Source: Gammaproteobacteria bacterium
Lineage (GTDB): Bacteria; Pseudomonadota; Gammaproteobacteria; Ga0077536
Length of the DNA: 64,000 bases
Assembly: GCA_963662545.2 (NCBI GenBank)
Contig: CAXXLL010000002.1
Span: 704,001 to 768,000 of the forward strand
Direction of reading: 5' to 3'
Positions within the stretch are counted from its first letter, which is position 1; the number at the start of each line of letters is the position of its first letter. The translations under genes and the position numbers were made by a program. Shown here piece by piece: positions 21,921 to 33,107 of this stretch. A model generated the notes under the pieces. It was not told the origin of the DNA, searched no databases, and saw only the letters and a program-made list of their open reading frames with translations.

Positions 21921-22035
21921 GTCCGCTTCGGGTCGTCAGCCGCCTGATCGCGGCAGTGCAGCACTGATTAGGATTACGTCTACAATGCTCTTCATAGCGG
22001 TCGTCGAGTTGCTTCAAGCGTCGTACAAACGCACG
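21921..22035 (+). repeat. Multi-hairpin repeat copy R6
   Basis: gtccgcttcgggtcgtcagccgcctgatcgcggcagtgcagcactgattaggattacgtctacaatgctcttcatagcggtcgtc. Confidence 0.92.
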
Positions 22036-22355
22036 ACCTAGCCTCGCGGCCAGATGCGGTCTGTCAGGTTTCCAATCCCCTTGGATATTCTGTCCCCTTG
22101 GTTTTGTGGACAGGGATTGGAAGAATCGGGTGAGATACTAAGGATAGAGACTCGTAATGGACCGGACCGAGGGCTTTGGTGAATATGAGCGTGAAATGAC
22201 TGTTCAGGAGATCGAGCGTGTAGACCAGCCAAAGGATTATGAACTGGTAGAACATACATTTAACAGAGGTAGCGGTACCTATCTCATAGGCGATCAAGGT
22301 AACTGGACTGTTGATTCTCCTGCCTACTCATTTGATTTTAAATCAAGGATCAAGA

Positions 22356-22979
22356 ATGGTTAAAACTCTCTATGAATGGGATCGTTGGGCGTGTGAGCGC
22401 TGGTTTATATCACCGCTTGTGGACGCTGGTGTGCACCCTAATGCAGTCACACTCTTTACTCTAATTGCTGCCGTTTCCGGGGCGTTGCTTATGCCTCAGT
22501 ATCTCTGGTTAGGTGTTCTGCTTTTTTTCATTGGGCGTTTCTTTGATAACGCAGATGGTGGCGTTGCGCGGGCATCAAATAAGGTCACTAAGTTTGGTGA
22601 GAGCTTCGACACATGGACTGGAGCTGCTTCATTAGGCGCTCTATTCTTCATGATGGGCAGCGGGGCATTGGCGTTTCTAGGTGTTGCTGGTGCAGTTCTA
22701 TCCCGTGTCCTGTGCCTATTTGTTGATGATGAAAAGGAGTTCTTCAACCCAACATGGCTACGTAAGTTTCCTTTAGTTGTTGAACTATTACGTAATGAGC
22801 TGGCTGGTATGCCCTACTTCCTACTCCCACTGTTCGCGGCCTTTGATTGTGTGGACATATTCCTGTGGCTCACCTTATTGGGGAACTGGCTCACTATCAT
22901 CGTCTTCACACCTATACTCCTAAAGTCAGGTGGTAAGGCCAGAAAATGTAAGCTCGTTCCTAAAACAGGGGCTATGTAA
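22356..22979 (+). CDS. CDP-alcohol phosphatidyltransferase family protein
   Basis: HPNAVT, DNADGGVARA..TKFGESFD signature; visibly AT-richer. Confidence 0.88.
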   Translation: MVKTLYEWDRWACERWFISPLVDAGVHPNAVTLFTLIAAVSGALLMPQYLWLGVLLFFIGRFFDNADGGVARASNKVTKFGESFDTWTGAASLGALFFMMGSGALAFLGVAGAVLSRVLCLFVDDEKEFFNPTWLRKFPLVVELLRNELAGMPYFLLPLFAAFDCVDIFLWLTLLGNWLTIIVFTPILLKSGGKARKCKLVPKTGAM

Positions 22980-23136
22980 TGGCAAAACAGATTGGGCGTT
23001 ATCAACTATTAAGTATTCTAGCCAACGGTTGCCTGCCCTTCCGTCGCTACCGCTGATGTCCGCAAAGCCAGAAGCGGACCGGACGGAGTCACATAAATCT
23101 GTCCCCATTCATTCTCTCTCCTTCCCGTTTTTCTAT

Positions 23137-24026
23137 TCAGCCGGTTTCCATGGGTAGATCAGGATCGCTCGTCCATTCCGTCAGCGAGCCGTCATAGAGT
23201 TCGACATTTTCGACACCCAGGCGGGTGAGCGCGAAAACGGTGTTACTCGCCGCTATTGCCCCGCCGCAGTACGCAATCACGCGCTCTTTGTCGAGAGCAC
23301 CGACGTCTTCGAACTGCTGCCGTAGCGCCGCATCATCTGCGAAGTATTGTGTCGGGAGGTCGACGGTCGTCGAAAACGGCACATTCACGCTGCCTGGGAT
23401 GCGGCCGGGGCGCGCATAGCGCTGCGGCGGACGCCCGGCGAACTCATCCGGGTCGAGGGCGTTGATCAGGCATGCTGCGCCATCGCCGATGGTCGTGAGC
23501 ACGTCATCGCGACTGGACTGGCGATCAGACCCGTACGCGGGCGCGCAGTAAATTTCGCGGCCGGATGGTCGGGCGCCACGGTTGAGGTCGGCAATCCCCG
23601 CGCGCTCCATGTCGTCCATCCGCCATTGAGAACGGCCGCGTTATCGAAGCCGAAACAGCGCAGCATCCACCACACTCGGGCGGCCCAGGAATTCATGCCG
23701 CGGTCGTAGAGCACTACTGCTGTACCGTCGCCGACCCCGATGGCTGACATCACCTGTGCGAAGCGGTCAGCGGACGGCATCGCATACATGAAATTGGTTT
23801 GCGAGCGGTCGGAGAGTTCGTGCAGTAAATCGACGTAGGTGGCGCCCGCAATGTGCACCTCATCGAACAACGGTCGGCCGCTGGTCATTTCCAGTCCCTC
23901 TGCCGCCGTCGGCTCGAAATAATTGGGTAGCTGCGAGGTACATTCAACGATCCGTAGCTCAGGCGCATCGAGGTGCGCGGCAAGCCAATCGCACTCGACC
24001 AGGTAATTCAGTTCAGCCAGGTCCAT
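23137..24026 (-). pseudogene. Tandem-domain rhodanese/sulfurtransferase, frameshifted by a 5-bp duplication
   Basis: AARVWWML, LNGGW, GRIPGSVNVP, YCGGAIAA, LYDGSLTEW; ccagt-ccagt near 23512-23521. Confidence 0.85.
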
Positions 24027-24287
24027 TACCGTTCTCTCCTGCGGGTTGGACAAAAGGTGTCAGATTTATTTAAGGATAAAGGGAACGGAGGGACTCAAAA
24101 TCAACCAGTTGGCAAAATTTGATTCCTTCGTCCCCTTTATTATGACCGAAAGGCGCCGGATAGCCGCCGTTCGTCCCTGACAGAGCTTTATCAACTCGTG
24201 CAGGCGCCTCCCGGCCAGGACCGGACACCGAAGGCCGGAAAAAAGAAACCCGCCGAAGTGGGTTTCTGCTGATACTCTTCAAACAGC

Positions 24288-24683
24288 TCAGGCGACGGCC
24301 GTTGCTTCGATTTCGATCATGATGCTTGGGTCGTAGAGGCGGGTCACCCCGAGGAGCGTGGACGCGGGCTTGCACCCGTCCGCCGCGACGATCCCGAGAA
24401 GTTCACCGGCCGCCTCCATGAAGCCGTCCACATCAGTGGTGTACATGTTCAGACGAATGACATTGCCAGGCGTCATCCCTGCCTCTGCCAGCGCGTCCTT
24501 CAGATTGGCCCAGGCGAACTTGAACTGCGCGGCGAAATCGCCCGGGTGCATTGGCGTGCCGTCGGCCGCGGTTGACGTCTGGCCAGAAAGGTAGAGCGTG
24601 CGCTCGCCGCCCGTCACTTCTACCCCATGGTTTATGTTGAAAGCCTGGAGCCAGGGCGTGGGATTTATATTACGAGTTTGCAT
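24288..24683 (-). CDS. RidA/YjgF family protein
   Basis: LYLSGQ, PASTLLGVTRL, IEIEATAVA; GAGGAGG RBS. Confidence 0.9.
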   Translation of the reverse strand: MQTRNINPTPWLQAFNINHGVEVTGGERTLYLSGQTSTAADGTPMHPGDFAAQFKFAWANLKDALAEAGMTPGNVIRLNMYTTDVDGFMEAAGELLGIVAADGCKPASTLLGVTRLYDPSIMIEIEATAVA

Positions 24684-24849
24684 GAAACGACCTCCTCGGA
24701 AAGTCCTGATAGAAACGTGCCTCGGCGAGGCGAAGCACCTGATCTGAGGCGCCAGTCCTGGCCGGCGCGCTTGTCCAGTGTATGCATCACAGCGCGGATG
24801 TTAAATCACCGCGCCGCACAATTGTCGTGTGTCAGCCCGGGACAGAACG

Positions 24850-25422
24850 TCAAGACGCGTAGCTCACTCGTTATCCTGGGACTCCCATAGGTGCCGTCAC
24901 TAGCAACGTGCACACGCCGTACCGCTTTCAGCAAGGCGCGGTCATCCCGTGCGTGTTGGCTCTCCGGCCGCCCACGCCAAGCGTAGTAGCCGCTCGATGA
25001 CACACCTGCCAGGCGGCACATCAAACGGATGGGATAGAGTCGGCGGTGTCGATGGATATGCGCATATCTCATATCGACTCCGTGGCAAAGTAAACCACCG
25101 CTTCCTTTAAAAAATCTCGTTCCTGTTCAACCTTGGCGAGTTTACGCTTCAACTGCGCGAGTTCTTCATCTCGCGCCTTAACCTTCACCGGGAAACGCAC
25201 TAACGCCGTGCTCCTCAACCGCGTCTCGCCAGCGCCGTAGCTGACGTGTGCTGATCCCCAACTCCTCTGCTACCAGTGCCGCCGTTACTCCCGGTTCATT
25301 GCATCGTCTCATCGCTTCTCGCTTGAACTCGGTGCTGTATCGCTTTCTTCGCGTCATGACCCACCTCCAGCAGGAGCATTATCCCGCTACATCTAGGTGT
25401 CCACGAAACTGAGGCAAGACCA
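24850..25422 (-). mobile_element. Truncated IS3-family element (left end, orfA, start of orfB)
   Basis: End tggtcttgcctcagtttcgtggaca; orfA MTRRKRYSTEFKREA; orf[22 protein letters not shown]. Confidence 0.85.
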
Positions 25423-25438
25423 ACAAGCGGCCATTGCC

Positions 25439-26044
25439 TCAAGGGCCCTGGTAGGAGAAGGCGGAGTAAAATCCGTTCTTGTTCGAAAATTCCCAGTTAA
25501 AGCCCAGATCTTTGTAGCTCAACTTGCTGGAGCGGGCGGCTACCGCCGATTCCCCCGGGGCTATGCACAGGGGATGGTTGGTGATGGTGACATCCTGCCC
25601 GCCCTGTCCCTCGATGGCTTCAATGGCCACTTCCGCAAAGCTACCGATGCGTAGCCGGCGTTGCTTACCGTCGATGGTGAATTCCATGGGTGCCGAAGCC
25701 AGTCCGACGATCTCCGCTACGTGTGATGCCAGTATGGCCGGATGACCGCCGGCGTGGCCTCCAAATATTTGCTTCAGGGCCTCCCGCTGTCGGTCATTGG
25801 CCTTGTCGTCTAGGTAGACCGCGGCCTTCCACTTGACCTCCGCCATATGGCCGGGGGAATGCACCGCCAGGGCAACATTCAATCCGTCGAGGGACATGCC
25901 CTCGAAACTGCCTTTTTCGATGTGCCAGGCTATCAAGACCTCGCATTCGCCGGTGGTAGGCTTGCTGAGAAATACACACGGACAGGCCGTTTCGCAATTG
26001 CAACTTTCAAAATACTGTCCGCTCAAATTCCAGTCGTTCGCCAT
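25439..26044 (-). CDS. DUF1326 family protein
   Basis: W.LSGQYFESCNCETACPC signature. Confidence 0.85.
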   Translation of the reverse strand: MANDWNLSGQYFESCNCETACPCVFLSKPTTGECEVLIAWHIEKGSFEGMSLDGLNVALAVHSPGHMAEVKWKAAVYLDDKANDRQREALKQIFGGHAGGHPAILASHVAEIVGLASAPMEFTIDGKQRRLRIGSFAEVAIEAIEGQGGQDVTITNHPLCIAPGESAVAARSSKLSYKDLGFNWEFSNKNGFYSAFSYQGP

Positions 26045-26465
26045 GGCAGTACCCTCCTCATGTGAATGAACGCCCGTGGTTTCGTGAACCGGGCGCTATG
26101 GTGTATAGATTCTATAATTGAAGCATAATCCGCGAAGTGTATATTCGGGTCGAAATGAGTATGGAACGAATAAGTCGCTTCTACCCCAGCACGCTCAATC
26201 TGGACGATTTCGGGCAGGGATGAACATACGAGGACGAATAACTCCTACATTTTCTGAGTAAAGTTGACGTGGTCGGTGAGTTTGGTCAGAGAGCACGATT
26301 ATATGTGAGCAGAAGCGGCCAGAAGCCGACGTAAAGGTATAGCCCACTGAATTCAAGGGGCAGGATCCTTGAACACCGAATGAGGTTTTCAAAGGATCCG
26401 ACCTCTTGAACGCTTGCCCTGGTACGTTTGCGATTGGCGGGTGTCGCTTCGCCGAAGAAGTTCCG

Positions 26466-27797
26466 ATGTCCCGATTGAACTATATGAAGTCGTTTGTCAT
26501 CTGCGTGTTTATGACTTGGGCGTTGTCTGTCTCTGGTAGCGAGGTCTCGTATCAGGACGTGAGGGATTGGCTGCAAACCGATGCAGCCGCACCTGTCGAC
26601 GGCATCGCCCCGGGTGTCTATGGCGTACGGGATCTGGCGAAACTCCGGCACTACCTTCCGCCGGGCTTTGCCGAAGAATTCGATTTCTCCGAATTGTCAG
26701 TCGAGATCGCCGAAACCGAACACTACCTTCCGCACAAAAGCTACCGCGCGGCGACAGAGCGATTCGAAGGCACCGCGAGCATCGGTCCGGACGGCGCGAT
26801 CGGATCCTATACCGCGGGACGCCCATTCTCGGCAGCTGCGATCGACGCCGCACCACCAGAAAAAGCGGGCTATATGGTTGCCTGGAGCCACATATTCCGG
26901 TGGCAACATTACGGTTACGAAACCGACATTCTGATGAGCTATGTCGAGCCGAACGCATCGGGCGACCGGCACACCGCCGGCATGGAGGGCGGCGGTAACG
27001 TAATTCGATCAATGACGCTCTACTATCGCCGGGTCTACCTGAACAAGCTCGCACATCAACCTGATGGTGACTACCGGTTGGACATCGACAACACCGATGA
27101 GCTGCATTGGAAAGAGTACATCGAATTTTTAGATCCCTTCGATGTGGCGGGTTCAAAATTTGTCGTCGAGCGATCGCTCGACCCGAACCTCGGTGATCAG
27201 ATGTATTCCTACCTGCCGAATGAACGGAGAGTACGACGATTATCGGTCAAGGAACGATCCGATAGCTTTATGGGCAGTGACCTGACCTTTGACGATCTAC
27301 AGGGCTTCTCCGGTCGTGTGCTGGACTATTCCTGGAAATATCTGGGACGCAAAGTCGTAATGCACGTCAGCGCGTCGCGACATGAGCAAGCAGTGTTTTT
27401 CGGGCCGCGCAGTCACGTTCCATCGGACCGATGGCAATTGCGACCGTGCTACGTCGTTGAACTCATCCCGAAGTGGGAAGGGCACCCTTACGGCCGTCGC
27501 GTCCAGTTTATCGACGCCGATTCGTTCAATACGGTGGTGTCGTTGATCTTCGACCGGGGTGATTCCTTATGGAAAATCGTGTATACGGCGTACGAACACG
27601 CAGATGTGCCGGCCGGTACCGAGCCGAACGCGGAAGAGTCCGTACACCGCTGGTCCGCCCTGGTGGCCATCGATCTACACAACAACACGACCACGGTCTC
27701 GCGCGAACCGCCAGGAACTCAGTCGCGATACGAGGCGGTGTCGCCCTCTCGGGTGAGGCGGATATTCGATGTGTCGAACCTCACAGGCGGCCGTTGA
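26466..27797 (+). CDS. DUF1329 family exported protein
   Basis: Signal peptide; YTAGRPF, YLPNERRVRRLS, DDLQGFSG, WQLRPCYVVE. Confidence 0.8.
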   Translation: MSRLNYMKSFVICVFMTWALSVSGSEVSYQDVRDWLQTDAAAPVDGIAPGVYGVRDLAKLRHYLPPGFAEEFDFSELSVEIAETEHYLPHKSYRAATERFEGTASIGPDGAIGSYTAGRPFSAAAIDAAPPEKAGYMVAWSHIFRWQHYGYETDILMSYVEPNASGDRHTAGMEGGGNVIRSMTLYYRRVYLNKLAHQPDGDYRLDIDNTDELHWKEYIEFLDPFDVAGSKFVVERSLDPNLGDQMYSYLPNERRVRRLSVKERSDSFMGSDLTFDDLQGFSGRVLDYSWKYLGRKVVMHVSASRHEQAVFFGPRSHVPSDRWQLRPCYVVELIPKWEGHPYGRRVQFIDADSFNTVVSLIFDRGDSLWKIVYTAYEHADVPAGTEPNAEESVHRWSALVAIDLHNNTTTVSREPPGTQSRYEAVSPSRVRRIFDVSNLTGGR

Positions 27798-28111
27798 CAA
27801 AGCGGCCGTTATGAGGGTGCCAAGGTGTGTTTTGCCCGGTACGACAACATGGACCAGCACCGATTGCTGGCGCGGGGTGCCGTTCATTTCAAAAATCGCT
27901 CGATGCTGAGTCGCCGGTGGCAGGTGATGGGCCGCACGGTGGCCGGGGGCGGCTTGGGTGAGAAACAAAACCTGTCCTTTTTAATTATTTGTGTTTATAG
28001 ATGCCTAATCGTCGTTTAACGTGACAATACCTCCATGATGCTTTCCCCTCAATGAACTGGTGGGGGCAGCATAAAGGCGGAATACTCAACCAGCTAATAT
28101 AATGCCAAGAA

Positions 28112-28255
28112 TGTCGCCTTCGGGTCGTCAGCGGCCTGATCGCGCCAGCGCAATACCGCTCTAGATTACGTCTGCGATGCTCTCGGAAGCGGTCGTCGAA
28201 CTGCATTAAACGCCTTGCGAAAGCGCGACTATGGCTGGTGGGCATGCGCCGTCGT
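28112..28255 (+). repeat. Multi-hairpin repeat copy R7
   Basis: cgggtcgtcagcggcctgatcgcgccagcgcaataccgctctagattacgtctgcgatgctctcggaagcggtcgtc. Confidence 0.9.
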
Positions 28256-28301
28256 CTCCTTCAGGAATATGCTATCGATTCGTCATTTAGGGGGCAAAAA
28301 A

Positions 28302-28823
28302 ATGAACTGGGAAACAATAGGCGTATTTGCGGAAGTAGTCGCAGCGGTAGCCATCGTTGTGACACTCGTCTACCTCGTTATCGAATTACGTCGAAACACC
28401 GCAGCGACGCAGAGCGCAACACACCAGCAACAAGTCGATACCACAGTAGCGCTAAACACAAATGTTTCGAACGATCCGCAGCTCGCGACCCTAATCGCCC
28501 GAGCTAATGACGATTACACTTCTCTTGAGCCTTCCGAACAAATTCAACTTCAATATTTGTATACGAGCTACTTGAATATGTGGCATTACCAATATTCTAA
28601 TAAACAGAAGAAATTTCTCGATTTGGATGTTTTCACTGTATGGGATAAAGGAATGTCAATTTTGCTCAATACTCAAATCGGAATAAGGGAGACATGGGCT
28701 GCCATCGCCCACATTTACGACAACGACTTTCGAAATCACGTCGAAACTGAGATAAGCAGATTAGGACCCGTGGAAAGTCATACGGGTATGCTTGAGGAAG
28801 GGCCGAAGGAAAACGCACCCTAA
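28302..28823 (+). CDS. Membrane-anchored hypothetical protein (sole gene between R7 and R8)
   Basis: MNWETIGVFAEVVAAVAIVVTLVYL TM helix; AT-richer. Confidence 0.75.
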   Translation: MNWETIGVFAEVVAAVAIVVTLVYLVIELRRNTAATQSATHQQQVDTTVALNTNVSNDPQLATLIARANDDYTSLEPSEQIQLQYLYTSYLNMWHYQYSNKQKKFLDLDVFTVWDKGMSILLNTQIGIRETWAAIAHIYDNDFRNHVETEISRLGPVESHTGMLEEGPKENAP

Positions 28824-28973
28824 AAAGGCGCACAAACCCCGCGCCTGGCTATAGCTTTCATTTCGTCGGCGATGACAAGTGCCGACCGCCAGGAGCGATG
28901 CGGTGACCCTCGGTGTCCCTGATCCACGGCAGGGTGACTGAAGGAAAGTAGGCCTATGCCTATCACTCTTTCG

Positions 28974-29095
28974 GTCCCGTTGATGGGTCGTCAGCGGCCT
29001 AATCACGGCAATGCAGCACCGCTCTAAATTGCGTCTGCAATGCGCTCCATAACGGTCGTCCTATTGTTTTAAGCGTCGCGCTCGAAGCCAGTCCT
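28974..29095 (+). repeat. Multi-hairpin repeat copy R8
   Basis: gggtcgtcagcggcctaatcacggcaatgcagcaccgctctaaattgcgtctgcaatgcgctccataacggtcgtc. Confidence 0.9.
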
Positions 29096-29108
29096 CGGTA
29101 CCTGCAGT

Positions 29109-29435
29109 TCATTCGGTCGGGAGCGCGGGGACGATGTTCGTGTCAGAGCGGGTGCGCAGGGTCTCGTACTCGGTGCCTGCGGGCGGGGGGGTGTCGGTTA
29201 TGTTCCAGTTGCCCTGCACGTCGCGCCATTTATAAGCCTGTGTCACGGTCTGGGGCCGTTCCAGCGGGGTGCCCTTCAGCATCTTCTCGATACGGGCCTG
29301 CTCGAAGACGTAAACGTAGGTACCGGCAGCGCCCAGCACGAGCAACAGCAGCAGCCAACGCCAAGGAACTCGCCACTTGCGCTCGGGCGTAGTGTCGGCG
29401 AACTCAAACTGCTGAAAGCGATCGTCGCGCGCCAT
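29109..29435 (-). CDS. DUF4124-like small membrane protein (sole gene between R8 and R9)
   Basis: TM helix then YKWRDVQGNWNITDTPP. Confidence 0.7.
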   Translation of the reverse strand: MARDDRFQQFEFADTTPERKWRVPWRWLLLLLVLGAAGTYVYVFEQARIEKMLKGTPLERPQTVTQAYKWRDVQGNWNITDTPPPAGTEYETLRTRSDTNIVPALPTE

Positions 29436-29649
29436 GCTCGTCTACCCTCTCGAAGCGCCGGCGAACCAGCCGAACGATACGGGCCTGCTCGAAGACGTAA
29501 ACGTAGGTACCGGCAGCGCCCAGCACGAGCAACAGCAGCAGCCAACGCCAAGGAACTCGCCAGTTGCCCTCGCGCGCCATGCTCGTCTACCCTCTCGAAC
29601 GGCGAACCAGCCGAACAATTTAGCCAATGCGTTGCGTCGATCGGTTGAA

Positions 29650-29778
29650 ACCGCAGTCGATAGCCGCCGAATTGCGGTAGCGCAGCACTATTTTAGATTA
29701 CGTCTGCAATCCTCTCGTAAGTGGTCGTCCAATAGCGTTAGGGAGCGCGACTATGAAGAGCGGCAACAGTCGGCCATT
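29650..29778 (+). repeat. Multi-hairpin repeat copy R9
   Basis: gtcgatagccgccgaattgcggtagcgcagcactattttagattacgtctgcaatcctctcgtaagtggtcgtc. Confidence 0.85.
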
Positions 29779-29844
29779 TGCAGACTATATAACCCAATTT
29801 CAGGCAGGCGCTTGCGTAGCTGAAATAAGAGAGCCCGCCTCGAC

Positions 29845-30207
29845 TTAAAATGCCCCTCTCCATTGTTGGGTGTCTACGAACCAACGCTCCTCATAAATCT
29901 TGTCACCGCGAAATCGAAACAGTGCCGCAAGTTGCGAAGCTTCGACCTTTGCGGACTTCCACGAGCAGATCGTCACGACCTCGTCATTTTCTTCGATATG
30001 CCGCAGGCCCGTTATCTCGAAACCAGCTGGCACCGCCGCGCCCAAATTTTCAACGGCGGCACGAAAACCCGGAATGCCCTCAATCAGGTCTGTTTGACCG
30101 GGCATGACGAAAATCATGTCCTCTGTGTAATCCGCGACCAAAGTATCCATATCGCCTTCGGCTACCGCATCCCAGCCGCGTTGGACAATTTCTGTGAGCG
30201 TCGTCAT
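29845..30207 (-). CDS. SnoaL/NTF2-like protein
   Basis: GDMDTLVADYTED..FRFRGDKI. Confidence 0.8.
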   Translation of the reverse strand: MTTLTEIVQRGWDAVAEGDMDTLVADYTEDMIFVMPGQTDLIEGIPGFRAAVENLGAAVPAGFEITGLRHIEENDEVVTICSWKSAKVEASQLAALFRFRGDKIYEERWFVDTQQWRGAF

Positions 30208-30388
30208 GAGATTTCCTCTTGTTCTTATACCTGAGGTTATGGAGTGTAGCGCGAACCAAAAGCGGAACGCGACCCGAAACCGATAGGCGAGCGCGGCGGT
30301 ATCGACACGCACGACGGATAAGCAGGCTACCCCGGCCGCCGAATTATCCTGGCAAGGTTTTTATGAATTGCAACAATAGTCCGCTATG

Positions 30389-30446
30389 TGGTCTTGCCTC
30401 AGTTTCGTGGACATCTAAATGTAGCAGGATAATGCTCCTGCTGGAG
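30389..30446 (+). mobile_element. Solitary IS3 left end
   Basis: Near-identical to the reverse complement of 25365-25422. Confidence 0.75.
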
Positions 30447-30677
30447 CCAGGCGTTACCGCTCCATGGTGCCAAATGCGGAGATGCCTCGGAAGAGCGTGC
30501 GGACCTCAGTCGGCGGCGCGATGCAAAAACTCCGATAGGCGTCCACGATGGGGAGTCATCATTTTGGGCCGAATTGCAGGTCATTATCGACCTTCCGTTG
30601 GGATCCTTTCCAACACCGCGCCAATTATCGAGTCGGTTGAAACGCCCTCAACCTTGCCGCCGCGTCTTTTTCTCTCC

Positions 30678-31991
30678 TTAGAAGAACACAAAGGATCGCA
30701 CGACAACGTTTTTGCGGCAGGGAGCGTCGTTGGGCGCGGTCGTGTCGACACAGGCCGTGTGGAAGGACCAGCGCGAGACGGAGCCGTCGGTGACGGAGTC
30801 GTAGCACTTGAGCATCGAGACCTCGGTGGGCTTTTGCTGCGGAAGCCAGTACCACTCGTGGTCGGGCCTGTAGGTGAAGCGAGTAGTCTCGCCAACGCGG
30901 TCGTCGTAGACGCGATAGCTGGTGATGTAGGGCTGGTCGGCGAACGAGGGCCAGGCGCAGAGCACGAAGGGGTTCTGACGCACGGTTTCCATCGGCTTGG
31001 CAAGATTGATCGACATGAACCGCCGCGACATCTTCGCGTCGGCCTGCTCTTCCGTATAGTGCTGTTCGCGCCCGAAGTTCCGCAGGTTTCTCGTAAGGAG
31101 CTCGCGGCAGCGGACACGGCCGCTGTTGTCGTTCAGGTCGTTGTGTACGATGTTGGCGTAGAAGTTGTTCACGCCCGGATTCTTGTTATCCTGGTCCTCC
31201 GTGCGGTCGCCCGCATAGTCCTTGTCAAACACGTCGTGGTTGTACACGAGCGCATCCGTCGCGCCCGGGAAGAATTCCAAGAGGAGCTTTTCCATCTCGG
31301 GATAGAACACCCGCTCCACCTCGGCAGCGTCGTAGAAGTTCTCGCACTTGGACTCGCAGTGCGCCAACGAGACTCCGAGCTTGTCCATGCACTCGGGGCT
31401 ATAGGGCGAGAGGCCAGGGTAGTACTCCTCGATTCGTCGCGCGTCGCGCATCACCTGCGGGAAATAGAGGCGTCGCCGCTCGATGTCTTCCTCTTCCTTA
31501 CGCAACGCGTTGGCCTCGGCGTCGCGCGCGTGGTCGCGCCAGAATGCGTTGGACGTGACGATGGTGTAGGACGGCCGCTCGTGGATGGTGTAGCGAAGCG
31601 GAACCGCCAGACCGCCTTCAGGGGATTCGATGGCGCTCGCCCGAATATGTTCCACGCACTCCGAGTAGGTCCGAAATCCGACGCCCCACTTGGTCTCGAT
31701 GGGGCCGGGGGGAGCGTTGTCGAGCATGTCGATGATTGCCTGCCCCTCCCCCTCGGCAATCTGGAGGAGCGCCGCCTCTGTCGCCGCCGCCGTTCCCGCA
31801 TCGCCATCCTGATCGAACGACATGTAGGACAAGCCTCCGTTCGCGGCGATGGGCGGTGGCTGCCCTTCTGTGAGTTCGAGGGGAGGCACATAGGCCGATG
31901 AAACTGCCTCCGTATCTGCCGCGACGTGGTTCGTCATGTCTTTGAGCTGGTCCATTACATGCACCCGATTAGATAGACCCCATCTTGGCAC
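30678..31991 (-). CDS. CmcJ/NvfI-like oxidoreductase
   Basis: VFYPEMEKLL, VHND, HEWYWLPQQKPTEV..KCYDS, FHTA..RKNVVVR. Confidence 0.65.
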   Translation of the reverse strand: MPRWGLSNRVHVMDQLKDMTNHVAADTEAVSSAYVPPLELTEGQPPPIAANGGLSYMSFDQDGDAGTAAATEAALLQIAEGEGQAIIDMLDNAPPGPIETKWGVGFRTYSECVEHIRASAIESPEGGLAVPLRYTIHERPSYTIVTSNAFWRDHARDAEANALRKEEEDIERRRLYFPQVMRDARRIEEYYPGLSPYSPECMDKLGVSLAHCESKCENFYDAAEVERVFYPEMEKLLLEFFPGATDALVYNHDVFDKDYAGDRTEDQDNKNPGVNNFYANIVHNDLNDNSGRVRCRELLTRNLRNFGREQHYTEEQADAKMSRRFMSINLAKPMETVRQNPFVLCAWPSFADQPYITSYRVYDDRVGETTRFTYRPDHEWYWLPQQKPTEVSMLKCYDSVTDGSVSRWSFHTACVDTTAPNDAPCRKNVVVRSFVFF

Positions 31992-32054
31992 ACGAGACTT
32001 TTACTTCCCAGGGATGCTCACGGCGTATTTGGGGTCAGTGTAAAAACTCGCGAA

Positions 32055-32145
32055 GACCGCTTCGGGTCGGTAGCCGCCTGATCGCGGCAGTGCAGCACTA
32101 GTAAGGATTACGTCTGCAGTACCTTCAATAGCGGTCGCCGAGTTG
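32055..32145 (+). repeat. Multi-hairpin repeat copy R10
   Basis: gaccgcttcgggtcggtagccgcctgatcgcggcagtgcagcactagtaaggattacgtctgcagtaccttcaatagcggtcg. Confidence 0.9.
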
Positions 32146-32226
32146 AAGCAAAAAGCAAGACCTTGACCCGGCAGCCCCTAAGGGGCAAAGCGCGGGCACG
32201 CTGGTCTTTATCTATTGCTTAAATAT

Positions 32227-32964
32227 CTAATGTGGGACATGAACTCCTGCAGTGGCAGATGATGCAAAGGATGCCACCATCGCAGCCCACATCTCTGTGC
32301 TTACAAACAAACTACCAAACGTGCCGCCCACAAAAAAACAGACAAAACCTAACGTTATGCCCAGTGACAGTCGTTTGAGTTGTCTAAAATCCCGGTAGAT
32401 CATGAAGCCTATAAAAACCGCTGCGAAAAACAGGACGATCATTTGTGCGTTTTTCGTTGTAAATGTGGGAAAGCTGGGCTGAACGATATTTCGAATCAAA
32501 CGATCAAAGCCAGGCACAGTTAATAGCGCTGCGGCCATAATCATCAAACGCTTATGTACCTCAGGTTTTCGATGAAAATAAACGCCGACGGCAACGCAGC
32601 AGGTAAATGCTGAGGTCAGAATAATATTAAATCGCGCACCACCCGTGATATGCCCACCTGTGCCGGTTAGATAGGCTACCGCCACATAGGTGAGAATAAA
32701 TACACTGATCGTAATAAATGCCGAAACAATGCCTAACTCTCGATGCAGGACTCGTCTATTTTTCAAGATCAGCCATGCCTGTAAAATGGCCGCGAAATAC
32801 CAGAGCGTAAACAGGACGCCATGAAAATTCATCCATACTGGCAGGGGATCATCAAAGAACCGGGGTCTTAGAAAAAAGCTCGGGACGAAGCCGCCAAGAC
32901 AAAGAATAGCCATGACAATGAATGAGAAAAAATAGAACCGGTCCTGGGACATCGGCGTAGTCAT
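32227..32964 (-). CDS. Multi-pass membrane protein (sole gene between R10 and R11)
   Basis: About 7 hydrophobic helices; FHG..W, LHRELG, HKRLM His motifs; AT-richer. Confidence 0.75.
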   Translation of the reverse strand: MTTPMSQDRFYFFSFIVMAILCLGGFVPSFFLRPRFFDDPLPVWMNFHGVLFTLWYFAAILQAWLILKNRRVLHRELGIVSAFITISVFILTYVAVAYLTGTGGHITGGARFNIILTSAFTCCVAVGVYFHRKPEVHKRLMIMAAALLTVPGFDRLIRNIVQPSFPTFTTKNAQMIVLFFAAVFIGFMIYRDFRQLKRLSLGITLGFVCFFVGGTFGSLFVSTEMWAAMVASFASSATAGVHVPH

Positions 32965-33107
32965 AAAATTTTCTCCACCGAACTAACTCATCAACTAATC
33001 AACCTGTACAAGTAGAGCAGCATTGCGAGTCCCTCTGTTCAATTCGGGTTAATTGTTAAAGTACTCTAACCAGCAACAAATCGATTCGCACGGCTGCAGC
33101 TTCGCTG

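Noticed and set aside
30219-31901. 560-aa plus-strand ORF
   Set aside because: Antisense shadow of the CmcJ/NvfI-like gene; no recognisable motifs, and it runs through an IS3 end
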